This document shows, one piece after another, positions 61,167-64,000 of a DNA stretch of 64,000 bases (positions are counted from its first letter, which is position 1; each line of letters opens with the position of its first letter). Under the pieces are notes generated by a model. The model saw only the letters and a program-made list of their open reading frames with translations. It searched no databases and was not told the origin of the DNA. Source of the stretch: Bryobacterales bacterium (GTDB lineage Bacteria; Acidobacteriota; Terriglobia; Bryobacterales; UBA6623); NCBI GenBank assembly GCA_965226245.1, contig CBDDCL010000009.1, positions 9,624 to 73,623 on the forward strand, read 5' to 3'. Both the position numbers and the translations under genes were made by a program.

Positions 61167-61894
61167 TCATAAGCCAGCCGGAAACCGAAATCGGATGCCC
61201 GCTTCAATAAGGTCAGCATCGATCTCCGCCCTCCGATTTGAGCGAAAGCGATAGCCAAAGCGGAACTCCACACGCTTGGAGACCCGAACCGAGAGGCCTC
61301 CCATGAGCTGATAAGCGAACCGGGAATCCTCGGATAATCCGAGTGTGAGAGGACCGGCACCACCACCAAATACGGGACAGAAGGAGGCGGAGGGGACGCA
61401 TTCGTTCTCATAGGTGATCGTGAGGTTTTCGTCGTGGAAGAAGGCTCCCAGACCGAAACCGGCATAGGGACTCACTCTCCATTTGGGATGGCGGTAGTAG
61501 ACATTACCCATGAAGGACTGGGTCTTGAGTTCTCTGTCGAGACCTATGACGGGCGTGATGATGGTGGCATCTGGTTGGGAGACTTGTCCGTCTGGCCCGG
61601 AGAAGGTGGGGGGCGGGATGTTCCGAGAGGAACTTTCGATACGATTGCCGATACCGGCTTTCTGGTATCCCCATTCAATCTCGGTCGAGAAACCTCTTTG
61701 AAGGCGTACCCGAAAGCCGCTGTAAAACCAGGGCCAGCCTTAAAACCGGAGCGCCTGAAAACGGCTGATCCAGCAAAATCGAGATAGAACTCACCGTCTT
61801 TGTCAACATCCTGTGCACTCAGAGAGCCACACAACAAGGGCAAGGCGACGAGTAGAGTGAGAAAATATTGTTGCAGCAAGGTACAAATTGACAT
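61167..61894 (-). pseudogene. Outer membrane beta-barrel (opacity-like) protein, frameshifted
   Basis: Signal peptide + GF.AAFGYAF in one frame; PYAGFGLG, FAYQLMGG, EAGIRFRF in another. Confidence 0.65.
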
Positions 61895-62015
61895 CGGAAC
61901 ACACGCGACCGCTACCTGTCCCCAACTAATTGCCCCCGATAGACCAGCAATCACGGCGGCCACGGTGATTAGCATCTTACACATCGCGCCATCCCGGAGA
62001 ACTACCGGGCTTACA

Positions 62016-62545
62016 CCTGAATTATGCACTGCGGCGTGGACCTGAGGAGGGCTGAGCCGCAAGGGACCATTGGGGACCCCCGAAAACATGGGGTAAAAAG
62101 GTCGGCTGGCAAAGATCCCAGCTTCGCCAGCCAACCCCAAGGAGGTCACCCAAATGGTTACCAGACGAAAACAGCATAGCTCCCAAAGGCCCGTCCAACA
62201 AGGCCCAGCCGTGACGGCCTCGCGGCCCAATAAAATCGGGGCTTCGACGCCTTACAACTTCCGCGGCAAGAAGCCGACTCCCTACGGCGGCTTGCTGCCG
62301 GTGGTCGGGAGGGCGCTGATCTGAGAGCCTGGCTATGCGCTATGCATAAAATTTTATGCACTAGCCGTAACGCACTGGAAACACGTCACTTCCGAGCGAG
62401 GTTTTGACGACGCGGATTCTGGGCGGGAAGGGAAACCGGGAACGGAGAAGCCAAAAGACCAGTTGCCGAGCTACCACCTCACGACGACCGCCAACCCGCT
62501 ACGAACGCAGCCACACTCGCAAAGTGAATCTGTGCATAATTCAGG
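62016..62545 (+). mobile_element. 530-bp IS1380-derived MITE, copy 2
   Basis: Near-identical to 3725-4254; flanks TTACA/TCCTA give no TSD. Confidence 0.9.
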
Positions 62546-62645
62546 TCCTAACAACCCCTGTCTGTTCCTGATAAGCTTGTGTTCGGTGAATAGTAAACAT
62601 GCACAGAAACCGCGAAAGGTGCCAAATCGCTATATGTTTATCCAC

Positions 62646-62913
62646 TGCTGTCCAAATTAGCTCAGACGATACCCTTTTGGACGGGTTAAGTCCTTGGTTT
62701 TCAATGTCAGGCTATGCTCACCTAAAACCAGGTTCCCCCGGCTAGCTCATGCTGTCCAAATTAAGCAGCTCTCCGCAGGAACTCTTCGGTGAGGCTCCGA
62801 CTGCCCCAGAAAGCCTGTTTAAGGGGCTTTCGGTGCCCGACCCCAGGGCACACTCCACGGCGACTCGGCCTGCATGCTGTCCAAATTGCCGTAGCGAGAA
62901 TCTAATTTGGACA
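62646..62913. repeat. Repeated TGCTGTCCAAATT motif (3 direct, 1 inverted core)
   Basis: Direct at 62646, 62750, 62875; inverted AATTTGGACA at 62904. Confidence 0.6.
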
Positions 62914-63002
62914 AGAGTGATGTTTATCGGCGGCGAGTCTTCGCCACTTTTTACTCGCTTGTTTGATCTTCTTTCTGCTTTCGAGAACTTGGAAGCCTTC
63001 CT

Positions 63003-64000
63003 TTACCACACAACCTTCAAACCAAACTGAATCTCTCGAGACGGGCGCGCACTAAGCGCCTTGCCAAAGTTCACGCTGACCACGTTTGAAGATGAACCGG
63101 CCTCAAATTGAGCGTGGTTGAAGGCATTGAAGAACTCCGTCCGAAATTGGATTCTCACATCTTCTCCCACGCGAAAATCCCTGTGAATTCCGATATCCCA
63201 GTTGATGACGCCCGGACCGTAAATCACTCCCACACCGGAATTGCCATAAAAACCCGGTTGGGCTGATTCAAAGGCAGACGGGTCTATGACCTGGAAGCCG
63301 TTCTTCCTTAAATCCTGGTTCGGTCCAAAGCGGATATCATCGCGGAGACGGTTGGCGCGAACGCCGCGCGCTGGATAACCCGTTCGATTGGGAGCAGTCA
63401 CCGTGATGGGGGTTCCTGTAGCGAAGTTGCCAATGGCAGTGATGCCCCAGTCTGCCACCACGTGTCTCAAGAAGGGTGGAGCATCCGACAGAAAGGGCTT
63501 ATTCTCTCCAAAGGGCAGTTCCCAAAGAGCGCTCACCACAAGGCGGTGGGGGATATCATAGGCGGCCGGCCCCCGATCGAGGTGGCGACCCTCCCTCCTT
63601 TGGTGAAGAGCACTGGTCGTAGCAAGCCCATTGCCGAGAGCCTTTGACCAGGTGTAGTTGGTGAGGAAGTTCAGGCCCTGGGTGTACTGGCGATTAAACT
63701 TCACATTTAGCGCGTGATAACTGGAATTGGCTGCGTTCGCCAGGAAAGTAATGCCACTTCTAAACTGAGGATAAGGGATTGCGGATAGGTCGCACGCTAA
63801 TGAATCTGGCACGGAGCAGTCATTCGCATCCCATTGGCTGTTCAACTTGTGGGCTTGGTTTCCGAAGTAAGCGACTTCAAGAACTTGGCCGCGTCCCAGC
63901 TCGCGCTGGATGGCTAAGGTCCACTGCTCCACATAGCCAGTGCGCCAGCCCTGGTCGAGGGCAAACAAAGCCCCCCGGTAATCATCGAGAAACTCGCGTG
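63003..64000 (-). CDS. TonB-dependent receptor (Oar-like) C-terminal part; continues beyond window
   Basis: QW.L.IQRE, SSYHAL, NYTWSK, D.PHR, GPG..NWD, QFRTEFFNAFNH, R.IQFGLK. Confidence 0.88.
   Translation of the reverse strand, partial: REFLDDYRGALFALDQGWRTGYVEQWTLAIQRELGRGQVLEVAYFGNQAHKLNSQWDANDCSVPDSLACDLSAIPYPQFRSGITFLANAANSSYHALNVKFNRQYTQGLNFLTNYTWSKALGNGLATTSALHQRREGRHLDRGPAAYDIPHRLVVSALWELPFGENKPFLSDAPPFLRHVVADWGITAIGNFATGTPITVTAPNRTGYPARGVRANRLRDDIRFGPNQDLRKNGFQVIDPSAFESAQPGFYGNSGVGVIYGPGVINWDIGIHRDFRVGEDVRIQFRTEFFNAFNHAQFEAGSSSNVVSVNFGKALSARPSREIQFGLKVVW

Noticed and set aside
62749-63030. 93-aa ORF with CPNC motif
   Set aside because: Overlaps the repeated DNA motif and the receptor 3' end; no convincing RBS or family signature
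1-64000. ICE integrase/att sites, tRNA, rRNA, reverse transcriptase or cas genes
   Set aside because: None recognisable by eye; plasmid versus integrated state cannot be decided from this window

Overview
GC-rich mobile-DNA region, probably a conjugative plasmid or integrated plasmid mosaic. The cargo (Oar-like TonB receptor, PQQ propeller, sulfatases) suggests an Acidobacteria-like host; this is inference. The intact core (about 18.4-37.1 kb) has an iteron/DnaA-box origin, IncW-like repA, ardC-like gene, a compact VirB2/3/4/9/10/5/6/8 T4SS, VirD4-type coupling protein, VirB11 and parA/RHH, but no recognisable HUH relaxase; two uncharacterised ORFs are candidate relaxases. Defence cargo includes a Thoeris type II pair (TIR ThsB plus TM-macro ThsA), an MmeI-like type IIL/IIG R-M fusion, an Abi_C protein, an NDT/TIR-like + P-loop ATPase, PIN/RelE genes and R-M remnants. 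Flanks are a patchwork of IS1380, IS630, IS91, IS5 and Tn3 elements and MITEs. Most notable: (1) three homologous origin modules with a shared backbone but different iterons; (2) a 6.07-kb IS1380 one-ended transposition unit with a CTAAA target duplication that splits one iteron array; (3) a recurring Arg-rich C-terminal 'D(F/A)GPSR-stop' tail on ArdC and small orphan ORFs, partly encoded by 88-bp repeats, possibly a modular T4SS export tag; (4) a 402-bp TIR cassette carrying one orphan ORF. No rRNA, tRNA or CRISPR array was seen. All calls are by eye, without database searches.
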